IMG/VR virus record: IMGVR_UViG_3300042271_000539
Coordinates: 1-64,000 of that record
DNA: 64,000 nt
Source of the DNA: a virus
Lineage: Duplodnaviria; Caudoviricetes
Reading direction: 5' to 3' (one strand)
Positions 1 through 9,646 of the stretch are shown here, piece by piece. Both the position numbers and the translations under genes were made by a program. The notes under the pieces are model-generated. The model did not search any database. It had not been told where the DNA came from and saw only the letters and a program-made list of their open reading frames with translations. Position 1 is the stretch's first letter; each line of letters starts with the position of its first letter.

Positions 1-1614
1 ATGGGTATAACTGTAGATATTATGACAGCCAGAAAGAACAGACAGATTATAGTTCCAGAGAAGCATGATGCTTTTGAGTTAATAAGACGTGTAGAACCTA
101 CTGTACCTATTAACCTTGGTGTAGAGTCGATAATGTTTGTTGGGGACTATATTTATGTAATACCAGGAAAAAGTACAGCACCTTTAAGAAGAATCCATAG
201 GACAACTTTTGCATTAGAAGAGACAACCTTTAATCCTGGTGTATGCTCTAATAAAGCTCTCGTAGAAGATGACATACACATATACCTAACAGCTTCATCT
301 AAAGTATATAAGATAGACAAGACAACTTTTGAGAAAGTTGCTGAGCTATCTCACGGAGCAGGTACTAGAACATACATTTCTCAAACAGACACTCATATAT
401 ATGTAGCTGGTGAACAAACCAATCCTGTTGTACAACAGATTGAGAAGAGTACTTTTAGTAGTTTTACCACAGTATTTACTAGAGCTGGTTATAGCATAAC
501 AGATGTAGAAGCTTCTGGAGACTACCTATACATAAGAGCCTATAAAAACTTTATTAAATACAGAATTTCAACAGACAGTATTTTATATGATATAGAGTAT
601 GAGGATATGAGAGTAAGTGGTACTTATGGGCACGGATTTTTTATTACTAGCCGATATGTATTTATACCAGAATCATATAGTAACACTGGCATCTATGTTT
701 TAGACGCAGATGATCTATCATTAGTAACATATATTTTTGATGCAGACAATGCTAAACCAATAAGTGGCGAAGGGTCAATAACTAAAAGTGAGAATTATGC
801 ATACTACACAGCTTTTGGTAGTGGTGCTGGTGTCGTTAGGATACACACCACAACCTTTGAAGTAACATATATTGAGTCAGCTTCATACCTCCCTCATATC
901 TATGAAAAGTGCAATGCAACAGACGGTGAACTTTTTGTTACATCAGATGGTGATACAGGGGCAATTGAAATAAGGTATCTAAACGCATCTATCCCAGACT
1001 TTGAGTCTGACTATATAACAGTAGACACTACAGACAGATACCAGACTATTGCTAACTCTTCTAACAGCGACCGTGTGAGTAAACAGCATGTATTTTATAC
1101 TACCATAAATACTATTTTAAATAATCCAGATGACTTTGTAATTACTTTACCAGAGAACCCAGATGCTAGCACATATTTTAATGGTGTTGGTGCAGGGATG
1201 CAGTTTACTATACAAGATACCGTTAAGGGCACAGTATATAATGACAACATCCCTTGGCCTGGAATAGCATCTCTAAAACAAGCTGGTGTGGCAAACTATG
1301 CAACTATTACAGGGGAGATAACAGTATCTATCGCAGACGCTTTAGCTGTATCGGCCTACGGTTTCTATAATTATCTAAGTTTAATTCCAGAGGAAGACTG
1401 GGACACTATAATGCAATTTAGTGCAAACATTTCTCTAGGGTGTTCTTTTGCTACAATGTCAAGAGAAGACAGAGTTGACTACTATCAACTTCATGAATCC
1501 TTTATCCCACACCCTTATGCAAGGGTAAAGAATCCTTATAAGGGATTGGGTCCTAAAGTTCCAACAGTAAAGACAAGCCTAAAGACAATGAGAAGAAGAC
1601 GTAGTTCAGAATAA
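1..1614 (+). CDS. Putative virion structural / tail-fibre-associated protein, beta-rich (possibly 5'-incomplete at window edge)
   Basis: 537-aa ORF with repeated beta-strand/turn pattern (beta-propeller-like), T/S/Y-rich; no diagnostic motif recognised. Confidence 0.35.
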   Translation: MGITVDIMTARKNRQIIVPEKHDAFELIRRVEPTVPINLGVESIMFVGDYIYVIPGKSTAPLRRIHRTTFALEETTFNPGVCSNKALVEDDIHIYLTASSKVYKIDKTTFEKVAELSHGAGTRTYISQTDTHIYVAGEQTNPVVQQIEKSTFSSFTTVFTRAGYSITDVEASGDYLYIRAYKNFIKYRISTDSILYDIEYEDMRVSGTYGHGFFITSRYVFIPESYSNTGIYVLDADDLSLVTYIFDADNAKPISGEGSITKSENYAYYTAFGSGAGVVRIHTTTFEVTYIESASYLPHIYEKCNATDGELFVTSDGDTGAIEIRYLNASIPDFESDYITVDTTDRYQTIANSSNSDRVSKQHVFYTTINTILNNPDDFVITLPENPDASTYFNGVGAGMQFTIQDTVKGTVYNDNIPWPGIASLKQAGVANYATITGEITVSIADALAVSAYGFYNYLSLIPEEDWDTIMQFSANISLGCSFATMSREDRVDYYQLHESFIPHPYARVKNPYKGLGPKVPTVKTSLKTMRRRRSSE

Positions 1615-1680
1615 GTTGACTTTTATTTCAGCATAGTGCATAGAATAGTTCAGGTAAATTAACAAGGAGAGAAACAATAA

Positions 1681-2280
1681 ATGATTTTACAACACTTATT
1701 TACAGCTATTACAATTGAAGATATAGGTTACCTACTATCTTTCTTCGCAGGTATTTTAGGTTCTATTCTAACTGTCTGGGCTTTCTCTTCTAAAGTCAAG
1801 CAAAGTCGAGATGATAATATCTCGTTAATTGTAACTAAAGCTTTAGATGAGTATAACGATAAGTTAGAGGACCGAATGGAAAAAAAGATAGCTTGTGCGG
1901 ACAAAGTTTCAGAACAGAAGATTTTCGGTAGCTTAAGTCGACTGGAGGGCACTCTTAAGGAGAACATTGAATTACAGAAAGAGATAAATGCAAGTAACGC
2001 CGAAGAGATAGACTTATTGAAACAGTCTTTAATAGAAACCTATAAGCAAGACATCAGAGACATATACTATAAACTAAGAGAGACTGGTATAATAACAGAC
2101 ACTGATAAATCTTACATTGATAAGCTTATGCCTAAGTATACTAACCTAGGTGGAAACTCAGATGTCCACGCTAAATATGATGAGATCTGTAGAGTTTACG
2201 AGAAGATTACAGAGGAGAACTTTCTAAAAGCAAGAGAAGAGTTCTTAAGGAATAAAATAAAAAAAGAAATAAAAGAGTAA
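1681..2280 (+). CDS. Membrane protein of lysis-module type (N-terminal TM helix, C-terminal YxxLGGN motif)
   Basis: RBS AAGGAG; hydrophobic segment YLLSFFAGILGSILTVWAF; KYTNLGGNS resembles small phage proteins commonly found next to holins. Confidence 0.45.
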   Translation: MILQHLFTAITIEDIGYLLSFFAGILGSILTVWAFSSKVKQSRDDNISLIVTKALDEYNDKLEDRMEKKIACADKVSEQKIFGSLSRLEGTLKENIELQKEINASNAEEIDLLKQSLIETYKQDIRDIYYKLRETGIITDTDKSYIDKLMPKYTNLGGNSDVHAKYDEICRVYEKITEENFLKAREEFLRNKIKKEIKE

Positions 2281-2307
2281 TTTACTTTCAGAAAGGAAGG
2301 TGTCCTG

Positions 2308-3375
2308 ATGGGAAAGCATACTTTCAAAGACGAATATGATGACGATGGTAGCCTAGTTTCTATTACAGAATACGACGAACAAGGCAACGAAGTGTACTAT
2401 GAAGATGATGAAGGCTACTGGAACAAAAGAGAATATGACGACAAAGGCAACGAAGTTTACTTTGAAGACAGTGACGGCTTCTGGTACAAACAAGAGTACG
2501 ATTCTCAAGACCATGTGGTCTACTATGAAACCCGTGATGGCTACTGGAGCAAAAGAGAATATGATTCTCAAGGCAACTTAGTTTACTATGAAGATAGTGG
2601 TGGCAGAGTAATAGACAAAAGACCCAAAGAAACACATACAGAATCAATAAAAGGAGAAAGAGAAATGATTAAACTTAGCATTGAAGATGCAATTTATGTT
2701 ACAAGTTGGGCAGCTTATAGTGAAGGCATGAGCCTGTCAAGAGGAGGTTGGTTTAGACTAATAGACCTAGCTAACCTGCCCGAAGAAGAAATTTTTAATG
2801 AGTTTAGAAAAGTTGGTCTAGAACCAAGAGGCAGAGACGAGGAACTGGTAGTTCATGATTATGACGATTACACTGGCATAGGCTACTATGAATTATACGG
2901 AGAAGCTTATCCACTAACTATCGTAAGTCTTTACGAGAAGCTTTTAGAATTAGATGAAGCTGAGCTTATTGCCTTTATCGGTGTAAAAGAGAATAGAGGT
3001 GCTTCTGAGGCTTTAGAGTACTTAGAAGATGGCTATCTAAACAACTATAATTACTATACTGAACAGGGCTTTGATGAATTTCTAGAGGAAATGTTAGAAG
3101 AGCTAGTTCAATATGACCCTGACAAAGCACGTCAATACATTGACGAAGACCAAATCAGAAGAGAGTATGAGATGGACATCTCTTACGATGAAGATACAGG
3201 CGAACCAGAGTATGAAATAGATGACTATATGCTTGAAGAGATTATCCAATCAATGCCTAAAGAGCGTCTATCTTACTATCTAGATGTAGAAGAGTACAAA
3301 CGAGAGGTCCTGATGGATGGTTACTATGAAGAAGTCGAAATTGACGGAGAGACTTATTATATCTACGAGATGTAA
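2308..3375 (+). CDS. ardA: Fusion: ~115-aa YYEDxxG-W-KREYD repeat cassette + ArdA-like antirestriction (DNA mimic) domain
   Basis: Residues 1-119 are ~19-aa repeats. From M120 (2665, own RBS AAGGAG 2651-2656) the motifs IYVTSWAAYSEG..GGW, EELVVHDYD, YIDEDQIRRE and YLDVEEYKRE match ArdA hallmarks (IYVANLGKYNEG..GAW, EEYAIHDYE, YIDYEAYGRD); highly acidic. Confidence 0.6.
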   Translation: MGKHTFKDEYDDDGSLVSITEYDEQGNEVYYEDDEGYWNKREYDDKGNEVYFEDSDGFWYKQEYDSQDHVVYYETRDGYWSKREYDSQGNLVYYEDSGGRVIDKRPKETHTESIKGEREMIKLSIEDAIYVTSWAAYSEGMSLSRGGWFRLIDLANLPEEEIFNEFRKVGLEPRGRDEELVVHDYDDYTGIGYYELYGEAYPLTIVSLYEKLLELDEAELIAFIGVKENRGASEALEYLEDGYLNNYNYYTEQGFDEFLEEMLEELVQYDPDKARQYIDEDQIRREYEMDISYDEDTGEPEYEIDDYMLEEIIQSMPKERLSYYLDVEEYKREVLMDGYYEEVEIDGETYYIYEM

Positions 3376-3380
3376 ATGTT

Positions 3381-3815
3381 ATGAGACTTATAAGATTTAT
3401 ATCTGACAAAGAGCTAGACGCTTTGATAAGTTTTGAAACTATAGAGCCTATATACGAAACTGTAGTCTACTTCTTTATTGAAGACGAAGCTATTAACTAT
3501 GTTAACAAAACTAAATTTAAAAGTTTTTTTGACTACTATGAAGATAATATAGAAAACAATATTATATTCTACTCCTTTATAGCCTCAGATATTTCTGGTA
3601 TAAAAGACTACGCCATTGTTGTAGATATACCAGAAGAGAGAATAAAGATGCTAGGTGCCAAGTACACGGATCCGACATATCTATTCCTCAATGAAGAATC
3701 TAAAGGGGAGACAATATTTATAAAAGAAGCTACAGTTAAAAGTTATTCTATAGACGATTTAGTCGAAGCTTATGAATTAAGTGACAATCTATTTACAATA
3801 GACAGAATATATTAA
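3381..3815 (+). CDS. Hypothetical protein
   Basis: 144-aa ORF tightly packed between neighbours. Confidence 0.6.
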   Translation: MRLIRFISDKELDALISFETIEPIYETVVYFFIEDEAINYVNKTKFKSFFDYYEDNIENNIIFYSFIASDISGIKDYAIVVDIPEERIKMLGAKYTDPTYLFLNEESKGETIFIKEATVKSYSIDDLVEAYELSDNLFTIDRIY

Positions 3816-3836
3816 AATTTAAGGAGAGTTAAAGTT

Positions 3837-4100
3837 ATGAAAAGAAATGAGTTTGAAAAAGAAAATTTTCAACCACTAAAGCTGATGATTGAGCAGACAG
3901 TCTTTTATTATGGTGTGCATATTAACAACAAAGGCAGAAAAGAATGCCTTCATTGTGGTACCGACTTAACAGACATTTTCGAAAGAGAATCTGATACTGT
4001 TAATTTCTGTTACCATTGTGGTTTTGATTTAATTAGCGCCAGAGTCCCAGAGTTTCCTCGCAGACACTCAGATCCAAATTTTAAAGAAATGGATGACTAA
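3837..4100 (+). CDS. Small zinc-ribbon protein (paralog of 4861-5091)
   Basis: CLHC...CYHC pairs; RBS AAGGAG. Confidence 0.6.
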   Translation: MKRNEFEKENFQPLKLMIEQTVFYYGVHINNKGRKECLHCGTDLTDIFERESDTVNFCYHCGFDLISARVPEFPRRHSDPNFKEMDD

Positions 4101-4500
4101 GATGATACTAGACTTTGATAGAATCTATCATGGCACAGAAGTGGCACAGTATATGAAAGACATAACTCCACTAGAAGAGAACAAGCCTACCTATTATGCT
4201 AATATGATTAGAGGCAGCTACTTTCAACTAACAGAGATACCACTAAAAGAAGTTCTAGATATCTTAAAAGATGACCCAGGTATTATGGATTACTTAGAGT
4301 GGTACAACCCAAGATACTATGGTTCAGACTTTGATGGGTTTTACACTCATGATGATGATAGCCCAGCAGACATTGAGGAGCAAGACCTGTATAATCCTAT
4401 AGTTATCTTTGACGGTATACTTTTAGACGGCTACTCTAGATTATCAGAGCATTTACACAATAGCAACAAAACTTCTATACTGGCATTTATTTCAGTATAG
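4093..4500 (+). CDS. ParB/sulfiredoxin-like small protein (paralog of 11604-11993)
   Basis: PIVIFDGILLDGYSR resembles the ParB-N PIxV...xDGxxR motif. Confidence 0.45.
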   Translation: MTKMILDFDRIYHGTEVAQYMKDITPLEENKPTYYANMIRGSYFQLTEIPLKEVLDILKDDPGIMDYLEWYNPRYYGSDFDGFYTHDDDSPADIEEQDLYNPIVIFDGILLDGYSRLSEHLHNSNKTSILAFISV

Positions 4501-4534
4501 ACAAAAAATAAAAAGTTAAAGGAGACATAAGATT

Positions 4535-4864
4535 ATGTTAGAAAAAGAAGAAGTTTTAGAGATTAGAGAACCAATAAAGGTATATTTTTCTGATAGGTTT
4601 AAGGATTCGAGCATATGTGCCTATGGGTACGTATTGGACGTAATAGAAAGGGACAGTGACAGCTTCCATGGCTGTGATGTTACTCCTATCTATCGGGTAT
4701 ATGACAAGACAAGTCATTCCATAGTAGCACTAGAAAAAGAAGACCTATTTTATTCTTTTGAAGAATGTAAAAATTATATGATACAAATTTATAAAGAAAC
4801 TGTTGAAAAGGAGCTCATGCTATTAGAAAGCATGGAGGATCCTAGTAAGAAGACAAAGTTATGA
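4535..4864 (+). CDS. Hypothetical protein
   Basis: 109-aa ORF with RBS AAAGGAG. Confidence 0.6.
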   Translation: MLEKEEVLEIREPIKVYFSDRFKDSSICAYGYVLDVIERDSDSFHGCDVTPIYRVYDKTSHSIVALEKEDLFYSFEECKNYMIQIYKETVEKELMLLESMEDPSKKTKL

Positions 4865-5091
4865 AATCATATACAAGAGTAGAAACAAAGGATACAATAC
4901 TACTAGGTGTAGTAATAAAAGAAGATAAGGTTACGGACCCAAGAGAGGGCACATATACAATACAAAAGCTATACTGTATAAACTGTAATAGCAATTTAAC
5001 AAATATGGTAGAATATGATAATAGTGTTAATTATTGTCCATATTGTGGACTAGACCTTATCGGTGGTAGAGTATCACAATTCCCAAAATAA
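4861..5091 (+). CDS. Small zinc-ribbon protein (paralog of 3837-4100)
   Basis: CINC...CPYC; C-terminal CGLDLIGGRVSQFPK aligns with CGFDLISARVPEFPR. Confidence 0.6.
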   Translation: MKSYTRVETKDTILLGVVIKEDKVTDPREGTYTIQKLYCINCNSNLTNMVEYDNSVNYCPYCGLDLIGGRVSQFPK

Positions 5092-5120
5092 AAAATAAAA
5101 GTTAAAGGAGACATAAGATT

Positions 5121-5540
5121 ATGTTATTAAGTATTATGGAACAAGAATGGTTCCAAATTATCCTAGGGGCATTAGCACTAGGAGTTGCAGGTTTAATCAC
5201 CTGGGCATTTACAATTTTTCAAGCTTGGTTAAACACTAAGATTAAGAATGAAAAACTAAGAGCTGTACTAGATGCGGTACTAGATATTGTTCAAAAATCA
5301 GTATTAGCCATACAACAAACATTTGTAGAACAACTTAAAAAAGACGGCAAATTTGATAAAGAGAAACAACAAGAAGCTTTAAAGAAAGCAGTCGACTTAG
5401 CCCTCTCTAACATTTCCGCAGAAGCTAAGAAAATTCTAGAAGAAAACTTTGGTAATCTCGAAGACTGGCTTACAATGCAAATAGAGGCTTTAGTATTAAG
5501 ATTACCAGGACACAGCAACGACATAGCAAAACTTCAATAA
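5121..5540 (+). CDS. Holin, LL-H family-like
   Basis: Single N-terminal TM helix followed by IVQKSVLAIQQT...KQQEALKKAV...IEALV pattern typical of LL-H holins. Confidence 0.7.
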   Translation: MLLSIMEQEWFQIILGALALGVAGLITWAFTIFQAWLNTKIKNEKLRAVLDAVLDIVQKSVLAIQQTFVEQLKKDGKFDKEKQQEALKKAVDLALSNISAEAKKILEENFGNLEDWLTMQIEALVLRLPGHSNDIAKLQ

Positions 5541-5556
5541 AATTTAGCACTAGGGG

Positions 5557-7647
5557 GTGTCATATATGAATGTTACAGATATACTAGAGGCGATAGATGA
5601 AGAGTTCGGTCAAGAAGAAGTTTACATGTGGTCTACGTACATATTACCTAACGGACACTTCCTAAACCCAGACAAGAGTGATTTTTCTACCCCAGCTTAC
5701 GAACATGAAGACTTTCATTATTGGATAGGGGTTACTTTTGGAATTACTGGGTTTAAGGCACTAGATGACTATTGTATCAAGATGAATGTTACTTACCCTT
5801 ATATTCATCTACCAAACAACAGACTGACACCAAAACAATTAAAAGCTATTAGAAAGATTATAGACCGTAAGGACCTATTTGAATATGCTTTTGAGGACAT
5901 AGCCGAAATAACAGATAGCGTTAGATTTAACTCGGATATATCAGAACCTCTATTAGTTTCAACAGAAAATGACAGTATAGTCTTTGATTTATCTATACAC
6001 AACGCTGATGATATCATTAAAACTATAACACGATCATATTATACAGGTAAGTTTTTATTTGAGTCTTCTAATAGTACAATGGCAAAGCATACTTTTGAAG
6101 ACGAATATGACGACGAAGGCAACTTAGTTTCTGTTACAGAGTTTGATGAACGTGGCAACGGGGTCTCCTTTGAAGATAGTAGTGGCTATTGGTGGAAAAG
6201 AGAGTATGACTCTAAAGGCAACGAAATCTACTTTGAAAACAGCAATGGCTTTTGGCGCAAAAGCGTGTTTGATGCGCAAGGTCACCAAGTCTATTATGAA
6301 ACCAGTAACGGTTACTGGCGTAAAAGCGAGTACGATAAACGAGGTGACTTAGTTTACTTTGAAGACAGTGATGGCACTGTGATAGACCAAAGACTTAAAG
6401 AAACACAAACCGAAGCCTCTAAAGGCCACACCTTTAAGGACGAGTTTGATGAAGATGGCAACCTATTTTCTACTTCAGAGTTTGATGAACAAGGCAACGA
6501 AGTCTACTATGAAGACACTAGAGGTTACTGGTACAAACAAGAGTATGATGAACGAGGTAATATGACCTACTTTGAAGATGATGAGGGCCGTTGGTTTAGA
6601 AAAGAATATGATTCTCGAGACAACCAAATCTACTATGAAAATGATAGTGGTTTCTGGAGCAAAAGAGAATATGACGAACAAGGTAGATTAGTTTACTATG
6701 AAGATAGTATGGGTGAATTTATGGACAATAGACCTGATTCCGTACAAACAGAGTCAACAAAAGGGAATTACTTCAAAGAGGTTTATGATGAACAAGGTGA
6801 CCTATTCTCTATTTCAGAATACGACTCTCAGGACCGCCAAATTTCTTTTGAAAACGCAGAGGGCCAATGGTGGAAAAGAGAGTTTGACGAGCAAGGTAAC
6901 GAAATCTATTATGAGAGTAGTTACGGTAATAAAACCACAAGAGAGTACAGTTCTGAAGGAGTTACAATATACAGAGAAGAGAATGATTACTGGGAAAAGG
7001 AGTATCTTGACCCTCAAGGCAATGGAATTTACTATGAAAATAGTAATGGCAATTGGTACAAAAGAGAATATAACTCTCAAGGAATTGAAATCTACTATGA
7101 AGACAGTAAGGGCAATGTGCTAGACAAAAGGCCCAAAGAAGCACACACGGAATCAATAAAAGGAGAAAGAAAAATGAAACCTACAGATTACGAGAAATTT
7201 ATTACGAAACAGTTTAAACGAGTATTAGACTATATAGATGTTGAATCACTGCGTATGGAGTTAAATAACGCAGGAGATATGGATACGTACTCCTATTACT
7301 TAGGGGCACTTGATATGACAGAAGTACTACAAAAATTATGGGACCTTGCTAGTAAAGCTGATACAGACACTGAGTGTTTCTTACAGGGTGCTGTAGAGAT
7401 ACTTTTCTTCCTTGATAATGAAGAGGACTTAATGACTTTAGAAGATTTTGTTACTCCTGCTGACTTAGAAGATGACCTTAGTGGAGAAGGTAGCCCATGT
7501 CAGCACGACTTACATTTAGGTGTGCAGTACGCCCTTGAGTTTGTTCAGAGACTTGTTGATTACAATACTAGTGGCACAGATCTTTCAATTGGAGATTATC
7601 TAGAAGGCATCCTAGCTGTGCAAGGACAGCTTCAGAGGTTTATATGA
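5557..7647 (+). CDS. Multi-module protein: N-terminal domain + three tandem YYEDxxG-W-KREYD repeat cassettes + C-terminal helical domain with internal RBS/ATG (7174)
   Basis: Cassettes between 6079 and ~7165 are homologous to the N-terminus of 2308-3375; linkers TEASKG, TESTKG, TESIKG. Confidence 0.65.
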   Translation: MSYMNVTDILEAIDEEFGQEEVYMWSTYILPNGHFLNPDKSDFSTPAYEHEDFHYWIGVTFGITGFKALDDYCIKMNVTYPYIHLPNNRLTPKQLKAIRKIIDRKDLFEYAFEDIAEITDSVRFNSDISEPLLVSTENDSIVFDLSIHNADDIIKTITRSYYTGKFLFESSNSTMAKHTFEDEYDDEGNLVSVTEFDERGNGVSFEDSSGYWWKREYDSKGNEIYFENSNGFWRKSVFDAQGHQVYYETSNGYWRKSEYDKRGDLVYFEDSDGTVIDQRLKETQTEASKGHTFKDEFDEDGNLFSTSEFDEQGNEVYYEDTRGYWYKQEYDERGNMTYFEDDEGRWFRKEYDSRDNQIYYENDSGFWSKREYDEQGRLVYYEDSMGEFMDNRPDSVQTESTKGNYFKEVYDEQGDLFSISEYDSQDRQISFENAEGQWWKREFDEQGNEIYYESSYGNKTTREYSSEGVTIYREENDYWEKEYLDPQGNGIYYENSNGNWYKREYNSQGIEIYYEDSKGNVLDKRPKEAHTESIKGERKMKPTDYEKFITKQFKRVLDYIDVESLRMELNNAGDMDTYSYYLGALDMTEVLQKLWDLASKADTDTECFLQGAVEILFFLDNEEDLMTLEDFVTPADLEDDLSGEGSPCQHDLHLGVQYALEFVQRLVDYNTSGTDLSIGDYLEGILAVQGQLQRFI

Positions 7648-7835
7648 AATACTATATTGTAAAAACAGAAGTAACTAAGAAAGTAGAAAGAGTCTATAGT
7701 GTCCTAGCTAATAGTGAAGAAGAAGCTATAGACAAATGGGCTGAGGACAAATTTGAGGACTTCACTGAGGTTACTCTAGGCATTGATGAAGAGAGAGTCA
7801 AAGACGTTTTTGAAGAGGGCTCAAAGTTTATATGA
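7644..7835 (+). CDS. Hypothetical protein
   Basis: 63-aa ORF, ATGA-coupled to both neighbours. Confidence 0.6.
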   Translation: MKYYIVKTEVTKKVERVYSVLANSEEEAIDKWAEDKFEDFTEVTLGIDEERVKDVFEEGSKFI

Positions 7836-7996
7836 CAGACAAAAGCAAGGAATCTACACAAGCTGGTAACGTTGCTGTAGGCAAGGTTTACGACTACCCC
7901 AGAAACAAAGCAACCTCTAAAGTCTCTATGTTAAAAGGCTTAAAGGTTGATGACAGTCAATTTAAGATAAAGAAGACTAGAAAAGAAAAGAGGTAG
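7832..7996 (+). CDS. Small basic hypothetical protein (54 aa, not in ORF track)
   Basis: ATG overlaps TGA of upstream gene (ATGA); open to TAG 7994-7996; fills the intergenic gap. Confidence 0.5.
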   Translation: MTDKSKESTQAGNVAVGKVYDYPRNKATSKVSMLKGLKVDDSQFKIKKTRKEKR

Positions 7997-8000
7997 TACT

Positions 8001-8456
8001 ATGCTATCTATCCAGGCAAAAGATATTATTAAAAACGAGCTGGGGTTTAGAAACAACAGTGTTGGTTATGGTAGGTCCTATCCCGCACTAGAGGTCTTAG
8101 AATTTGAATGCAAAGAACTTTATAATGAAGACATACCGTTTACTCTCTACGATCAAGAGTTAATAAGTGAGCCCACTTATGAGGCATCTGTTGATTTTAT
8201 AGAAGGAATGCAACAAGTCCTGGGGAAGACTTTATATGCCTTCTGGCTTTGTGCTAGTGAGGAAGATGTAAAAAAGTATTACCCTGATGAATATGGCTAT
8301 GAATACGAAGATAATATTATCTCTTCTGTGGACATCTATAGCCTACCTAGGTGGCATATGGTATTATCGGATCTTGGCGTAGAAGGAGTCTTGTTTTTGT
8401 CCAAAACACCACTAGAAAAAAATTATATTAAAACAATTTATTATGAAGAGGAATAA
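8001..8456 (+). CDS. Hypothetical protein
   Basis: 151-aa ORF, RBS GAGGT. Confidence 0.6.
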   Translation: MLSIQAKDIIKNELGFRNNSVGYGRSYPALEVLEFECKELYNEDIPFTLYDQELISEPTYEASVDFIEGMQQVLGKTLYAFWLCASEEDVKKYYPDEYGYEYEDNIISSVDIYSLPRWHMVLSDLGVEGVLFLSKTPLEKNYIKTIYYEEE

Positions 8457-8459
8457 ACT

Positions 8460-9083
8460 ATGGAAAAATTTATAATAGAAACACCCTACGGTTACGTAGA
8501 AGCTTTACGTAACAACGATGATGACGTAAGATTTACTGGTGTTCTCAATAGAGCAATGCACTTTGATACCTCTGACGAAGCTTGGGACTTTGTTGATGAA
8601 TACTTTACTGATGACTATGATGAGCAAGAAGCTTTAGGCATTTATGTTAATAAAGTCGACTATTCAGAGTTAACTGCTCAAGGACCTGAGGAATTTATAA
8701 TCACTACGGCTTTAGGTTATGTTGCAGGTCTTAAAGATACAACGGATCCTTCAGAAAGAGAAAAAGATGTAATCTTTGTAAATGCTAACCAAATAGACAA
8801 GGCAATGAGATTTGCTAGTGAAGAGGAAGCAGAGAAATTTATAAAAACTTATGTTGACGTATATGGCAAATATATGGGTACCGAGGCTGGTGCTTATGTA
8901 AGAAAAGTAGATGCTAAGAAGAGACCTGAAGCTAAGTCCTCTGGAATAAATATAGAGCTACTAGGCAACGAGGTAGACTCTCTACTAGATTTAATTAATG
9001 ACCAACTAGGGGATGACTCCCCAGTTAAAGGTAAATCTTTAGACGGCTTATTATCTATAGCAAGTAAACTACTAGGCAAATAA
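8460..9083 (+). CDS. Hypothetical protein with internal two-fold repeat
   Basis: FIIETPYGYV...RAMHFDTSDEAWDF repeated as FIITTALGYV...KAMRFASEEEAEKF. Confidence 0.6.
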   Translation: MEKFIIETPYGYVEALRNNDDDVRFTGVLNRAMHFDTSDEAWDFVDEYFTDDYDEQEALGIYVNKVDYSELTAQGPEEFIITTALGYVAGLKDTTDPSEREKDVIFVNANQIDKAMRFASEEEAEKFIKTYVDVYGKYMGTEAGAYVRKVDAKKRPEAKSSGINIELLGNEVDSLLDLINDQLGDDSPVKGKSLDGLLSIASKLLGK

Positions 9084-9087
9084 TAAT

Positions 9088-9630
9088 ATGAGCAAACCAA
9101 CTTACATAGATCAAGACAACACAGAACTCTATGACAATTATGACAGATTCCATGGAGACAGTCCTGTGCCACAAATGCTACTAGATGCTGAAGTTGTAGC
9201 ACAAGACAAATACAATCAAATAAAAGTGTTTATAGACTACCCGATAGAGGGCAGTATCTTTTGTCTTGGTGGAGATGTTGGTAGATCTACTGTAGACGCT
9301 GAAGCTGGTAAGAAAGCTTTTGTACATAAGGGTAGATACAATCATCCTGTAAAAGGTTGGTCCAGTTCCATTTCTTATTGGCACCCTTTAACTTATATAG
9401 AAGAATGTCTACTTCTATTTCAAAGAAAAGGTGCAACTGTAAAAACAATAGAAGAACTAATAGAATCCCGAGTAGTCGACTACGACTTAGAAGAAGTATT
9501 TGGTCCTCTTGAGGGAGAACTATTTTATCCAGTAATAGATTACATTCACGAAGATCAAGAGGGTCTTCACAGAGCAGTGTATGCTTTAATTAAAGACATA
9601 GATTTAATACCTGTGATTATTATAAAATAA
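9088..9630 (+). CDS. Hypothetical protein with ParB/Srx-like C-terminus, immediately upstream of RT
   Basis: PVIDY..EDQEGLHRAVYA...IPVIII resembles the ParB-N xGxHR motif. Confidence 0.4.
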   Translation: MSKPTYIDQDNTELYDNYDRFHGDSPVPQMLLDAEVVAQDKYNQIKVFIDYPIEGSIFCLGGDVGRSTVDAEAGKKAFVHKGRYNHPVKGWSSSISYWHPLTYIEECLLLFQRKGATVKTIEELIESRVVDYDLEEVFGPLEGELFYPVIDYIHEDQEGLHRAVYALIKDIDLIPVIIIK

Positions 9631-9646
9631 CAAGAGGAGAAGTTAT

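Larger units (their letters stand above)
4511..5126 (+). repeat. 30-bp exact direct repeat (AAAAGTTAAAGGAGACATAAGATTATGTTA) at 4511-4540 and 5097-5126
   Basis: Identical RBS/start blocks read directly from sequence. Confidence 0.85.
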
